From: an uncultured virus (IMG/VR IMGVR_UViG_3300031539_000003)
Lineage: Duplodnaviria > Heunggongvirae > Uroviricota > Caudoviricetes
IMG/VR virus record: IMGVR_UViG_3300031539_000003
Strand: one strand, 5' to 3'
DNA: 20,000 bases
A program made the translations under genes and the position numbers. Each line of letters opens with the position of its first letter. Within the stretch, counting starts at the first letter, position 1. The notes below the pieces were generated by a model. It made no database searches and was not told where the DNA came from. It saw only the letters and a list, made by a program, of their open reading frames with translations. Of this stretch, positions 1 to 7,495 are shown one piece after another.

Positions 1-775
1 TCAACAATGCCCATATATCGGCTATCTTATCATCTAACCCTTCTAAGAACTCTTCAAATCCTGGCAATAAATTTTCAACATCAAGACGAACACCAGCAAG
101 ATTAGTTGCCTTGTCTTCCTTAAAAACAGGTAGAATATATTCGGTAATAATATCTTTCGCCACAATATAAGCAGCCAACAACTGTATTATAGGTGACAAC
201 TCACCTTCTCCAGACATAGCACTATCTATCAATAATAGTTGAGCAACATTATCCATGAAAAAAGGTTTATCTGCCTGTAATTCGACAGACATATTATAAA
301 TACCACCGGTATCATTTCCACCAACAACCTTGTACTGCAAATATCCAAAATCACTTATTAGTTCAAAATTGCCACCATATACCGTCTGCTCTGCAAACTC
401 CCTCGAAAAACCCAACATATAAGAAGACAACTTATAAATTTCATCTAATATTGTATCTGTTAAATTAAAAGAGTAATCAATATCAACAGTCATTTCAATT
501 GGTCCACTACTACCATATTCATAACCAGTTCCAGCTATAAAAAACACATCTGAAATATTCTGTATCCCAACATGTTTAGTCTTCAAATCAATTCCCAGTA
601 ATGATGCTACTGCTGCATAGCCAGTATTATATTGCGTATCTAAAAAAGCTTCCATAAAAATAGTAACATTGGCTATCTTCTCTTCAAATATCCAATCCTT
701 AACAAGATATTCAACGACAGCTTGATGAGGAATTATAGTTTTAACTTTATCAACTGTTGTAATATAAGAAGCCAT
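1..775 (-). CDS. Probable head-tail adaptor/connector protein (3' end runs off the window; absent from the ORF track)
   Basis: Manual translation from ATG at 775 (GGAGAG upstream) gives 258 codons with no stop to the window edge: MASYITTVDKVKTIIPHQAVV...LSPIIQLLAAYIVAKDII...IADIWALL. Its position right after the MCP and the N-terminal Y-x-T-x-x-x-V-K pattern resemble SPP1 gp15-like adaptors. The CDS is solid; the function is inference. Confidence 0.55.
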   Translation of the reverse strand, partial: MASYITTVDKVKTIIPHQAVVEYLVKDWIFEEKIANVTIFMEAFLDTQYNTGYAAVASLLGIDLKTKHVGIQNISDVFFIAGTGYEYGSSGPIEMTVDIDYSFNLTDTILDEIYKLSSYMLGFSREFAEQTVYGGNFELISDFGYLQYKVVGGNDTGGIYNMSVELQADKPFFMDNVAQLLLIDSAMSGEGELSPIIQLLAAYIVAKDIITEYILPVFKEDKATNLAGVRLDVENLLPGFEEFLEGLDDKIADIWALL

Positions 776-796
776 CGCTCTCTCCAAAGAAGGATT

Positions 797-828
797 AAAA
801 AATGCCCCACACATATAATGCAGGGCAT
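797..828 (-). terminator. Rho-independent terminator downstream of the major capsid gene
   Basis: Minus strand reads ATGCCCTGCAT-TATAT-GTGTGGGGCAT-TTTTT: an 11-bp stem (3 G-U pairs), 5-nt loop and U tract, about 75 nt after the MCP stop. Confidence 0.75.
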
Positions 829-904
829 CTTAATTTCTTACCTTAACCTCGTATTAGCTACGGTACATTCATTTCAATACACGACACCCATCCGAAAAAA
901 GATA

Positions 905-1930
905 TTACAGATTTGCAGGATTAATGTCAGTTATGATACCGCAAGCCTTATCATCGACAACCTTAACAGCGCGTCTTTCACGTGCAATGGTGTTGGTAAG
1001 GTTCTTCAACAGGCTGTCTTCACTCTGTACTGTAACAGGCTCAAGCTCAGCGTAGATTGAAGGGAAATTACCATCATACATTACAACAACACGGGTACTT
1101 CTCTTAGCACCAAGAGCATCACGATCAAGGAAAGGTGTTGAAACAAGCTGTAAACCGAACAGATTTGTCAACTTACCGGATACCCAAATGTCCCTTGCAC
1201 CGAAGAAGGCAACATTCTGGAACTCACTCATCTTTCTGATCTTGGAGCCAATTTCAGTTCCAACAAAGATGGTTGAGGGCATGAACTGCTGAGTCTCTTC
1301 GATAGCAGCGATCATGTCGCTAATATCATCAAGATCAAAAGCTGCGCCGGTAGCGGTATCGCTGAAAAATGCACCGTTTACATAAGAGTTCATAATATCA
1401 ATATTCTCGCCAATTTTCATGGCATATCCAACAGCGTCCAGAATCAGTGCCAGCATATTCCAGTTTGAATCTTTGATAAGATTCTTGTTAATACCGGTTG
1501 CCATTTCATAATCCTGAATGGTAAGACTTTCTGTTGACAACTTTATCCCGTAGTGATTCGGGTCAACTTCCGGAGAAGAGATATAACTTCTTCTCATGGC
1601 CGTTACCTTCGGGAAATAGGTTGTAACAGCATCTACCGGCATAACTCTGGTATACTGTCTGAGATTCTGTAAATTTTCAGCTGCTGTTCTGATACGCTGA
1701 TCAAAAGCAACAGGGAGTAATTCCGGTGCATCGTCTGAACTGAGCACCTGCTGAATTTCCATCCTTTTGCCCCTACGTGGGACAAGGCGGCCATCATTCG
1801 ATAGCATCAACAGTACTGGCTTAATCGCTTCCTGAAGCTCCTTCTCTTCCCTTTCCGCCTCTTCCAACATTGCAGTCAGAGTGCTGTACTGTCCTTCGGC
1901 ATCTTTCTTCAAAACATCTATGTCTTTCAT
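905..1930 (-). CDS. Major capsid protein (HK97 fold)
   Basis: 341 aa with HK97-like features (DAPELLPVAFDQRI, spine helix LILDAVGYAMKIGENIDIM, TIFVG, GKLTNLFGLQLVST, C-terminal ARERRAVKVVDDKACGII). It follows the protease-scaffold and cement genes, has a strong SD (AAGGAGG-6nt-ATG) and a downstream terminator. Confidence 0.88.
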   Translation of the reverse strand: MKDIDVLKKDAEGQYSTLTAMLEEAEREEKELQEAIKPVLLMLSNDGRLVPRRGKRMEIQQVLSSDDAPELLPVAFDQRIRTAAENLQNLRQYTRVMPVDAVTTYFPKVTAMRRSYISSPEVDPNHYGIKLSTESLTIQDYEMATGINKNLIKDSNWNMLALILDAVGYAMKIGENIDIMNSYVNGAFFSDTATGAAFDLDDISDMIAAIEETQQFMPSTIFVGTEIGSKIRKMSEFQNVAFFGARDIWVSGKLTNLFGLQLVSTPFLDRDALGAKRSTRVVVMYDGNFPSIYAELEPVTVQSEDSLLKNLTNTIARERRAVKVVDDKACGIITDINPANL

Positions 1931-1994
1931 TCCATTCCTCCTTGCGACTATTATATATCAGTTATTAGTTATTAGCACCTTAAGTCAGTACCGA

Positions 1995-2468
1995 TTAAAC
2001 AGCAGCGCCTAATTTATTAACTTCAACATCAACATAGGCATCAGTAATTGATGGCACATAACCCTCACTAATAGACGCAACATAACCGATTGCATTTGAA
2101 GTGGAATTATCGCCGACTTTACATACTTTACCAGCGCCGTAAACGGCAACTTCATCGCCAACTGCAAGAGCAGTACTGTTTTCATCAACAACCATTCTTG
2201 CAATACCATGCCTTAGAACGGAAATGATATCTCCCTTAACAGCAGAAGAAACAGCAACACCAGCGAAATTAGCGAGGGTAGCATCGGTATCAGCAGTAGC
2301 AACTTTGCCAGCGCCATCGAGAACCAATACCTGACCTTTGAGAGCATCATCGTTAGTGTCTCCAACAAGGCGACCTACAACAATACTCTTCCCGCCTAAT
2401 ACGTCAACTATTCCATCGATAGTTATTCCCGCAGCAGGGATTGAGCTTAAATTTGGACGTGCAGTCAT
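1995..2468 (-). CDS. Capsid cement/decoration protein (DUF2190-like)
   Basis: 157 aa, Gly/Ala/Val-rich beta protein with GVAVSSAVKGDIISVLRHGIA...LAVGDEV..GAGKV...IGY pattern. Directly upstream of the MCP, with SD TAAGGAGGT. Confidence 0.72.
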   Translation of the reverse strand: MTARPNLSSIPAAGITIDGIVDVLGGKSIVVGRLVGDTNDDALKGQVLVLDGAGKVATADTDATLANFAGVAVSSAVKGDIISVLRHGIARMVVDENSTALAVGDEVAVYGAGKVCKVGDNSTSNAIGYVASISEGYVPSITDAYVDVEVNKLGAAV

Positions 2469-2530
2469 TATAAAACCTCCTTAATTCATCATTTTAGTCA
2501 ATTATTATCTATTCCTGACACACATTTATT

Positions 2531-4228
2531 TTAACTATCATTATTTTGAAATAAAGAATCCTTAACAAGTGCAAGAACTGAATTCTCAGCTACTTCGAAA
2601 GTCCTCTGCTCTTTGCCATTGTTTTCATCATCTTTCTTCTGTCCGTACTTTTCAATTTCACTATCACCAGATACGGTTTCAGCATTATCGGATTCATTAG
2701 TTCCATCACCGATACCATGTTCAATAGCAACCTTATTTTTCAGAGAATTATCTTTGATTGCTTTCAATTCACCAAAAAGGGTCTGCAGAACATCAAGGGA
2801 CATGCTACTGTACTTTTCACGATCAGCATTTACAGCATCATCGTTCTCGTACTTATTCAGATCTGTTTTAATCTGAACGATACCATCAACAACTTCCTTA
2901 AGGTCTTTCTCAACATACTTCTCAAGTTCAGAATTGAGAGCCTCAAGTTCGGATGTCTTTGTAGCAAGCGACCTATTCATAGTTTCAACTTCCGTGGCCA
3001 ATTTCTTATTCTCTCTTATAGACTTTGCTAATGCAAGTTTCACATCATAAAGTTCTTTCGAAAGATTTCCTTTGGCCTCTGCCAGCTCAACCATTGTCGC
3101 ATCACACTTATCCTGCAACACGGTATTTTCAGTCTGACTGTTTTCAAGTTGAATGGTCAGAAGTTCCATGTCAGGATTAGCAGTAACAGAATCAGCATTT
3201 GCGTCAGCAGCATCTTCGGTATTATTTTCCTCGGAATTACCTGCATCTTCTTCTGCTGTCTCTGTACTATCGGCATCAGCATTTTCTTCAGTACCTGCAT
3301 CCTCAGCGCCTGCATCGTCAGTTGCTCCATCAGCTTCATCAGCATTTTCTGTTGCATCTCCTTCGTCAGCACCTTCGTCAGCACCTTCGTCAGCACCTTC
3401 GTCAGCACCTTCGTCGGTACTTGCAGCATCATCGTTTACTGCTTCGGTATTAGCTGCTTCGTCAGTAACTTCTTCTGAATTGGATTCTTCAGAAGTCTCA
3501 GCCTCAGCATCTTCATGACCAATACCCATACCATCCAGAACACTTACTATCCTATCATGCTCTGCTTTGACCTGCTCTTCATTCCAGTTCGTTAACGTCA
3601 GGTCTTCCTCCCACCTATGTAATAATGCGTGAGCTAAAATAGCCTCATCAGCAGAACTTACATTGATAACAGAATTCTCACATTCACCTTCAACATTTGC
3701 AGCAACAAGAGCTTCAATCATATCGGTCATTTCGTTATTCTTGGCATACTCATAAATCGCCCCGATATCCATCGCATCTATCTGATCATTTGTTAAAGTG
3801 ATCTGTGAATCATCGGCAGTAACTTCATCAGAATTTATAACAGGATTATCTGATGGCCCCTTGACCGGTGATTTGTTCGATTCATCCCCAGTATCGACTG
3901 TTCCTCCATCCTTCGGGTGTTTTGTGGCAGGAACTTTTGAAACGTTACCCTTTGAGGGGCTTGGTTTCGGTGCAGGCGTAGAACTCGTGCCTCCACCAAC
4001 ATTCATGCCAGTATCAACCTGTCCACCACTCACTGGATTCTTCGGAGCAGGAACATCTGATACATTACCCTTGGATTTAGATTTCTTTGGAGGTGGGGTA
4101 GTTACAGCCGGTTTATTGGTAGTATTCTGGGGAGTGCTAGCAGGTTGAGCGCCAGTCACATCAGAACCTGGGGGAGTAACAAAAGTCTCCTTACCGTCCT
4201 GATTTTTCTTTTCCTTATTGTCCGCCAT
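2531..4228 (-). CDS. Predicted nested scaffolding protein from an internal in-frame start (Met450; 565 aa)
   Basis: GAGGAGGT (4243-4236) lies 7 nt upstream of an in-frame ATG at 4228 (MADNKEKKNQ...), just after the protease domain. This is analogous to lambda C/Nu3 and Mu I/Z. Confidence 0.6.
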   Translation of the reverse strand: MADNKEKKNQDGKETFVTPPGSDVTGAQPASTPQNTTNKPAVTTPPPKKSKSKGNVSDVPAPKNPVSGGQVDTGMNVGGGTSSTPAPKPSPSKGNVSKVPATKHPKDGGTVDTGDESNKSPVKGPSDNPVINSDEVTADDSQITLTNDQIDAMDIGAIYEYAKNNEMTDMIEALVAANVEGECENSVINVSSADEAILAHALLHRWEEDLTLTNWNEEQVKAEHDRIVSVLDGMGIGHEDAEAETSEESNSEEVTDEAANTEAVNDDAASTDEGADEGADEGADEGADEGDATENADEADGATDDAGAEDAGTEENADADSTETAEEDAGNSEENNTEDAADANADSVTANPDMELLTIQLENSQTENTVLQDKCDATMVELAEAKGNLSKELYDVKLALAKSIRENKKLATEVETMNRSLATKTSELEALNSELEKYVEKDLKEVVDGIVQIKTDLNKYENDDAVNADREKYSSMSLDVLQTLFGELKAIKDNSLKNKVAIEHGIGDGTNESDNAETVSGDSEIEKYGQKKDDENNGKEQRTFEVAENSVLALVKDSLFQNNDS

Positions 4229-5575
4229 ACCAGTAACCTCCTCACTTCTTTTATTAAGTTTAATTATGCTTTCCTCCTGTAAGCTTAACATTTCGTCAAG
4301 AGTAGGTAATACTCGTTGATTTTCAGATTCTATTTCAATGCCAACAGTCAAACAACTTTTTGACGCTGCCAACAATTCTCTTGCCTGACTTGGGTCTATC
4401 TGTTCCAAAACTCTTGCCCATCTTGCTGCTGGAACATTAATAAATGATAACTCTTCAAATACTATTTCGGTAGCAGTCTTAATACAGATAACTCTACCAT
4501 GCTCTTCGGTATCATATTCAATTCCGCGAATATGATAACATCCCTCATTTATAGTCAAACCACATATGTTACAACGGGCTTTCATTGTAGCCCCGATAGA
4601 TACAAACTTGTATCTACCTTCTTTTACCTCTTTTATCCCTCTTGCTCTCGTTATTTTAACGATAAACTCAAGGTAAAATTTCTGATGTTCAGGATCAAAC
4701 TTAATACTGGCTTTAAGTACTTCACCAAGAGATCTCTCAGGGTCGTCCCACTTATGCCCTTCAATTACCATACGCCCTACAAATGTGTGCGCAGCTTTTT
4801 CAAGTTCACCTTTGGTAATCTCTGTAAAATTCCAAGTCCCTTCATGCATAGCATTAACACGTAAATATAACCCACCATCAGCTTCTTCCAAATCTTCCAT
4901 CTGATCATTATCAAGGTGTTTCTTATACTCCTGATCATCATTATTGCCACTTTTGCGATCTTCAATTGTAACGGAAGGTTCGAATTCAGACTGATTAAGA
5001 ATTACTCTCATTGACCCAACATCAACTACAAGATCATTCTGTAAACTACCTGAATCAACAATAGGGGCATTCTTTCCCATTGTTTCTGATTCTATCTCTT
5101 TTACTAATTCACGCTTTTGGTTTGTAATAATTATGATTTTAGTAGGTTTCACAGTTTCCTCTCCCGTAGATGGGGCATAGTCTTTAAATAAACTCTGTGG
5201 CAAAGCATCATCTAATGTATCCTTAATCATGTGCCCCCATCCATTGCTAACCAATTTCGCGACAATTCTCGTATGTTCTCTGCTAATCTGTAATCTCGTC
5301 CATTTAGTTTTCTCTGGAAGATGCCACCACATATGCATCAAGGCGTGTGCATAAATCGTTTGATTCCTATTAGAATAGGCTAATTTTGCATCAGAATCAG
5401 AAACACTACCATCTTTAACTACAACAGTAACGGCCTCATTATTATCTGATCCATCCGACTTAATAGAATCTTCACATATCTTATCTGCTATTTCAACTAA
5501 ATCCTTATCAGCAGTGACCTTATCAAGAAACTCATCGTAATTCAATTCAGTTAAATCTTTCTTTTCACTTGCCAT
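2531..5575 (-). CDS. Prohead maturation protease fused to scaffolding protein (1014 aa)
   Basis: Herpes/HK97-type serine protease domain at about 4405-4880: ELEKAAHTFVGRMVIEGH (His), KFVSIG (Ser), a CNICG...CYH Zn-like insert and ELSFINVPA. It is followed by Pro/Gly repeats, an acidic low-complexity tract and a C-terminal coiled coil. Canonical position upstream of cement and MCP; SD AGGTGAG. Confidence 0.82.
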   Translation of the reverse strand: MASEKKDLTELNYDEFLDKVTADKDLVEIADKICEDSIKSDGSDNNEAVTVVVKDGSVSDSDAKLAYSNRNQTIYAHALMHMWWHLPEKTKWTRLQISREHTRIVAKLVSNGWGHMIKDTLDDALPQSLFKDYAPSTGEETVKPTKIIIITNQKRELVKEIESETMGKNAPIVDSGSLQNDLVVDVGSMRVILNQSEFEPSVTIEDRKSGNNDDQEYKKHLDNDQMEDLEEADGGLYLRVNAMHEGTWNFTEITKGELEKAAHTFVGRMVIEGHKWDDPERSLGEVLKASIKFDPEHQKFYLEFIVKITRARGIKEVKEGRYKFVSIGATMKARCNICGLTINEGCYHIRGIEYDTEEHGRVICIKTATEIVFEELSFINVPAARWARVLEQIDPSQARELLAASKSCLTVGIEIESENQRVLPTLDEMLSLQEESIIKLNKRSEEVTGMADNKEKKNQDGKETFVTPPGSDVTGAQPASTPQNTTNKPAVTTPPPKKSKSKGNVSDVPAPKNPVSGGQVDTGMNVGGGTSSTPAPKPSPSKGNVSKVPATKHPKDGGTVDTGDESNKSPVKGPSDNPVINSDEVTADDSQITLTNDQIDAMDIGAIYEYAKNNEMTDMIEALVAANVEGECENSVINVSSADEAILAHALLHRWEEDLTLTNWNEEQVKAEHDRIVSVLDGMGIGHEDAEAETSEESNSEEVTDEAANTEAVNDDAASTDEGADEGADEGADEGADEGDATENADEADGATDDAGAEDAGTEENADADSTETAEEDAGNSEENNTEDAADANADSVTANPDMELLTIQLENSQTENTVLQDKCDATMVELAEAKGNLSKELYDVKLALAKSIRENKKLATEVETMNRSLATKTSELEALNSELEKYVEKDLKEVVDGIVQIKTDLNKYENDDAVNADREKYSSMSLDVLQTLFGELKAIKDNSLKNKVAIEHGIGDGTNESDNAETVSGDSEIEKYGQKKDDENNGKEQRTFEVAENSVLALVKDSLFQNNDS
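3360..3415. repeat. 12-bp tandem repeat (CCTTCGTCAGCA x4 + 8 bp) encoding DEGA repeats
   Basis: Perfect copies start at 3360, 3372, 3384 and 3396, with a partial copy at 3408. In frame within the acidic tract (TDEGADEGADEGADEGADEGD). Confidence 0.95.
3887..4075 (-). repeat. Duplicated 23-aa Pro/Gly motif in the scaffold region
   Basis: SKGNVSDVPAPKNPVSGGQVDTG (4075-4007) vs SKGNVSKVPATKHPKDGGTVDTG (3955-3887): 17/23 identical, offset by 120 nt. Confidence 0.9.
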
Positions 5576-5613
5576 AAAAACTCACCTATTCATACTTACA
5601 ATTTTTTTGAAAT

Positions 5614-5642
5614 TTTATAACAAAAGAACCAACATTTATCAA
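5614..5642 (-). promoter_or_regulatory. Candidate sigma70/sigmaA-type promoter for the protease-cement-MCP unit
   Basis: TTGATA (5642-5637), 17 nt spacer, TATAAA (5619-5614) preceded by an extended -10 TGn. It lies in the largest intergenic gap, but the region is very AT-rich, so a chance match is possible. Confidence 0.4.
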
Positions 5643-5665
5643 ATAACACTTAATTAATTTATTAA

Positions 5666-5696
5666 TCATCAAAAAAATATCGGTTTTTTTTGATGA
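5666..5696. promoter_or_regulatory. 12-bp perfect inverted repeat (operator or weak terminator)
   Basis: TCATCAAAAAAA (5666-5677), TATCGGT, TTTTTTTGATGA (5685-5696). Confidence 0.5.
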
Positions 5697-5742
5697 ATTT
5701 TAAAAAAAGATGTTTTTTTATTGAAAGAAAAATAGGAAAGAG

Positions 5743-6021
5743 TTAAGCAAGTTCGTATATATCACTTTTAAAATTAAAATTATCATCATTCTCAATGTAC
5801 TCAATCTGGAATAAAAACCTTTGATTAAGCCGTTGAAACTCTAATTTCTTACTCTTTTTTTCCCTTGCGCATTCTGCAGTCATATTATCAATAACTTCAT
5901 CCCATTGGCAAAAAGCAAGATAATCATAAGCGTTTTCAGCAGTTAATTCTTTTAAATGCTTAATCCTTAAGCATGATCCAAAATCTGTCAACAATGCTTT
6001 CCAACTAAATAATAATTTCAC
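5743..6021 (-). CDS. Hypothetical protein (92 aa)
   Basis: GTG start 3 nt after the upstream stop, same strand as the operon; no recognisable motif. Confidence 0.6.
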   Translation of the reverse strand: MKLLFSWKALLTDFGSCLRIKHLKELTAENAYDYLAFCQWDEVIDNMTAECAREKKSKKLEFQRLNQRFLFQIEYIENDDNFNFKSDIYELA

Positions 6022-6024
6022 AAT

Positions 6025-6669
6025 TTACTCCGGCAAAAAATACTTCTTCTGTAATTGGTCAACCTGATACATAGTCATCTTACCACTTTTCACATTATCT
6101 CTCCACCTTTGAGAAACTGCGGCTCTTAATAAAGAATTCTCCTTAAATACAAATTGGGCATCTCTTGTTAAAGCATCCCCATTTTTTATCCCCCCTTTTT
6201 CAAGTCGCCCAACAACATTCTCATCCATCTGTTTAGCCCAGGGCTTTAATGCTCCAGTTGCTACCAACGCATACCCCAATGCTCTATCATTTATAACTTT
6301 TTTATTATCAATAGGAGTCCTTTTTATATTATCATAAATCTCACTCCTAGTTTTACCAATTCTAGCAGAAGGTATATCTCTAAAATCTTTCCCTGTCATT
6401 CTCTCAAAAAACTTATGGTCATTATCAAACATATTCATCATGCTAACTTCTTGACCACCAAGCTGACCGGTAAAAGATGCCGTCCCATCATCCTTGACTC
6501 TTAACAATGGCCCCTGCAACCCCATAGCCCTAAAATCTACAGCACTTTCTCCCATAGGAGAATAAATACCCCTACCAGATAAAGCAACCGCCTCCCAATC
6601 TTTTTGATTCAAATAGACTGAATTCCTGCCAAGTAACTGACCGACTCTATCTGCCGAACCTGTTCCCAT
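6025..6669 (-). CDS. Hypothetical basic protein (possible internal virion protein)
   Basis: 214 aa, K/R/G-rich, coupled to the MuF-like gene (TAA-A-ATG); no recognised family. Confidence 0.7.
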   Translation of the reverse strand: MGTGSADRVGQLLGRNSVYLNQKDWEAVALSGRGIYSPMGESAVDFRAMGLQGPLLRVKDDGTASFTGQLGGQEVSMMNMFDNDHKFFERMTGKDFRDIPSARIGKTRSEIYDNIKRTPIDNKKVINDRALGYALVATGALKPWAKQMDENVVGRLEKGGIKNGDALTRDAQFVFKENSLLRAAVSQRWRDNVKSGKMTMYQVDQLQKKYFLPE

Positions 6670-6670
6670 T

Positions 6671-7495
6671 TTATTTTACTACTATCGTGAGGGTGCATTT
6701 GCAGTTTGGATGTAAGAATCTTTCTGCTTGCTCTAATGTGACTTCTGTACCATCAATTGACTGACATCTTTCACAAGGTTTAACACTAGTGGTCTCCCAA
6801 AGCCACTTCTGTACTTTTAACCCATTTTTCTTTGTCGCCTTAACAATTCCATGTATAGCCCCAGCCCTAAATGATAATCTAAACGGTTCTACAGCAATAT
6901 ATCCCATCCTATATTCCATAGCATCTACTGCTGCAAATAATGCTACACCAAGAGCTATCCATGTCCAATTTATTCCATTTTCTTCTTTCTCTTCGTGCTG
7001 ATCTACAATCTTGTCAATACGATCAGCCATATCAGTAACAAATCTATCAACGTCAGACCGAAACTCATCCTTTACCTTACTTATTGCCGCAATATCAGTC
7101 CTGTCTTCATTTGTTAATTTAACACCAATCTTATTTTCTGGAATATCATATCCAGATTTATACGCCTTCTCCATATTTGAATATTGTGCTTGTTCAAATA
7201 ACTGATTACGCATAGCAAGAATAGCAAGGGCAATCCCCTCCTTATTATCCCCACTCATCACTTTCTTTCTATTCCCTTTATTGTATTCTCTCTCAGAGAG
7301 ATTCAGGACTGTACGTAATTCTTTTTTTAAATTTGAATAATATTTAGTATAAAAAGATTTACGCCTATCGGAATGTTTTTTAAATTCATCTGTATAATTA
7401 AAACTATCGAAATGAATTTTTTGCTCTTTGGCAGGTTTTTTCTGAAAAGTACTGCCACTCTCTTTATTAAAAAACTTCGTAATATCTGTTACCAT
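6671..7495 (-). CDS. Minor head protein, MuF/SPP1 gp7-like
   Basis: C-terminal KWLWETTSVKPCERCQSIDG...LHPNCKCTL matches the MuF W...CxxC..DG...HPxCxC signature. Directly follows the portal with a TAATG overlap. Confidence 0.85.
   Translation of the reverse strand: MVTDITKFFNKESGSTFQKKPAKEQKIHFDSFNYTDEFKKHSDRRKSFYTKYYSNLKKELRTVLNLSEREYNKGNRKKVMSGDNKEGIALAILAMRNQLFEQAQYSNMEKAYKSGYDIPENKIGVKLTNEDRTDIAAISKVKDEFRSDVDRFVTDMADRIDKIVDQHEEKEENGINWTWIALGVALFAAVDAMEYRMGYIAVEPFRLSFRAGAIHGIVKATKKNGLKVQKWLWETTSVKPCERCQSIDGTEVTLEQAERFLHPNCKCTLTIVVK

Noticed and set aside
830..904. Possible structured ncRNA between the MCP stop and the terminator (TCGTGTATTG...TAATACGA pairing)
   Set aside because: The pairing is short and bulged, matches no family I recognise, and cannot be told apart from ordinary 3' UTR.
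3360..3415. Tandem repeat as a possible CRISPR array
   Set aside because: The 12-bp units are contiguous with no spacers and are in frame in a CDS.
3149..3518. Several overlapping ORFs (3149-3478 +, 3153-3518 +, 3157-3432 -, 3199-3453 +) with repetitive peptides
   Set aside because: These are shadow frames of the stop-poor acidic tract and 12-bp repeat within the scaffold gene.
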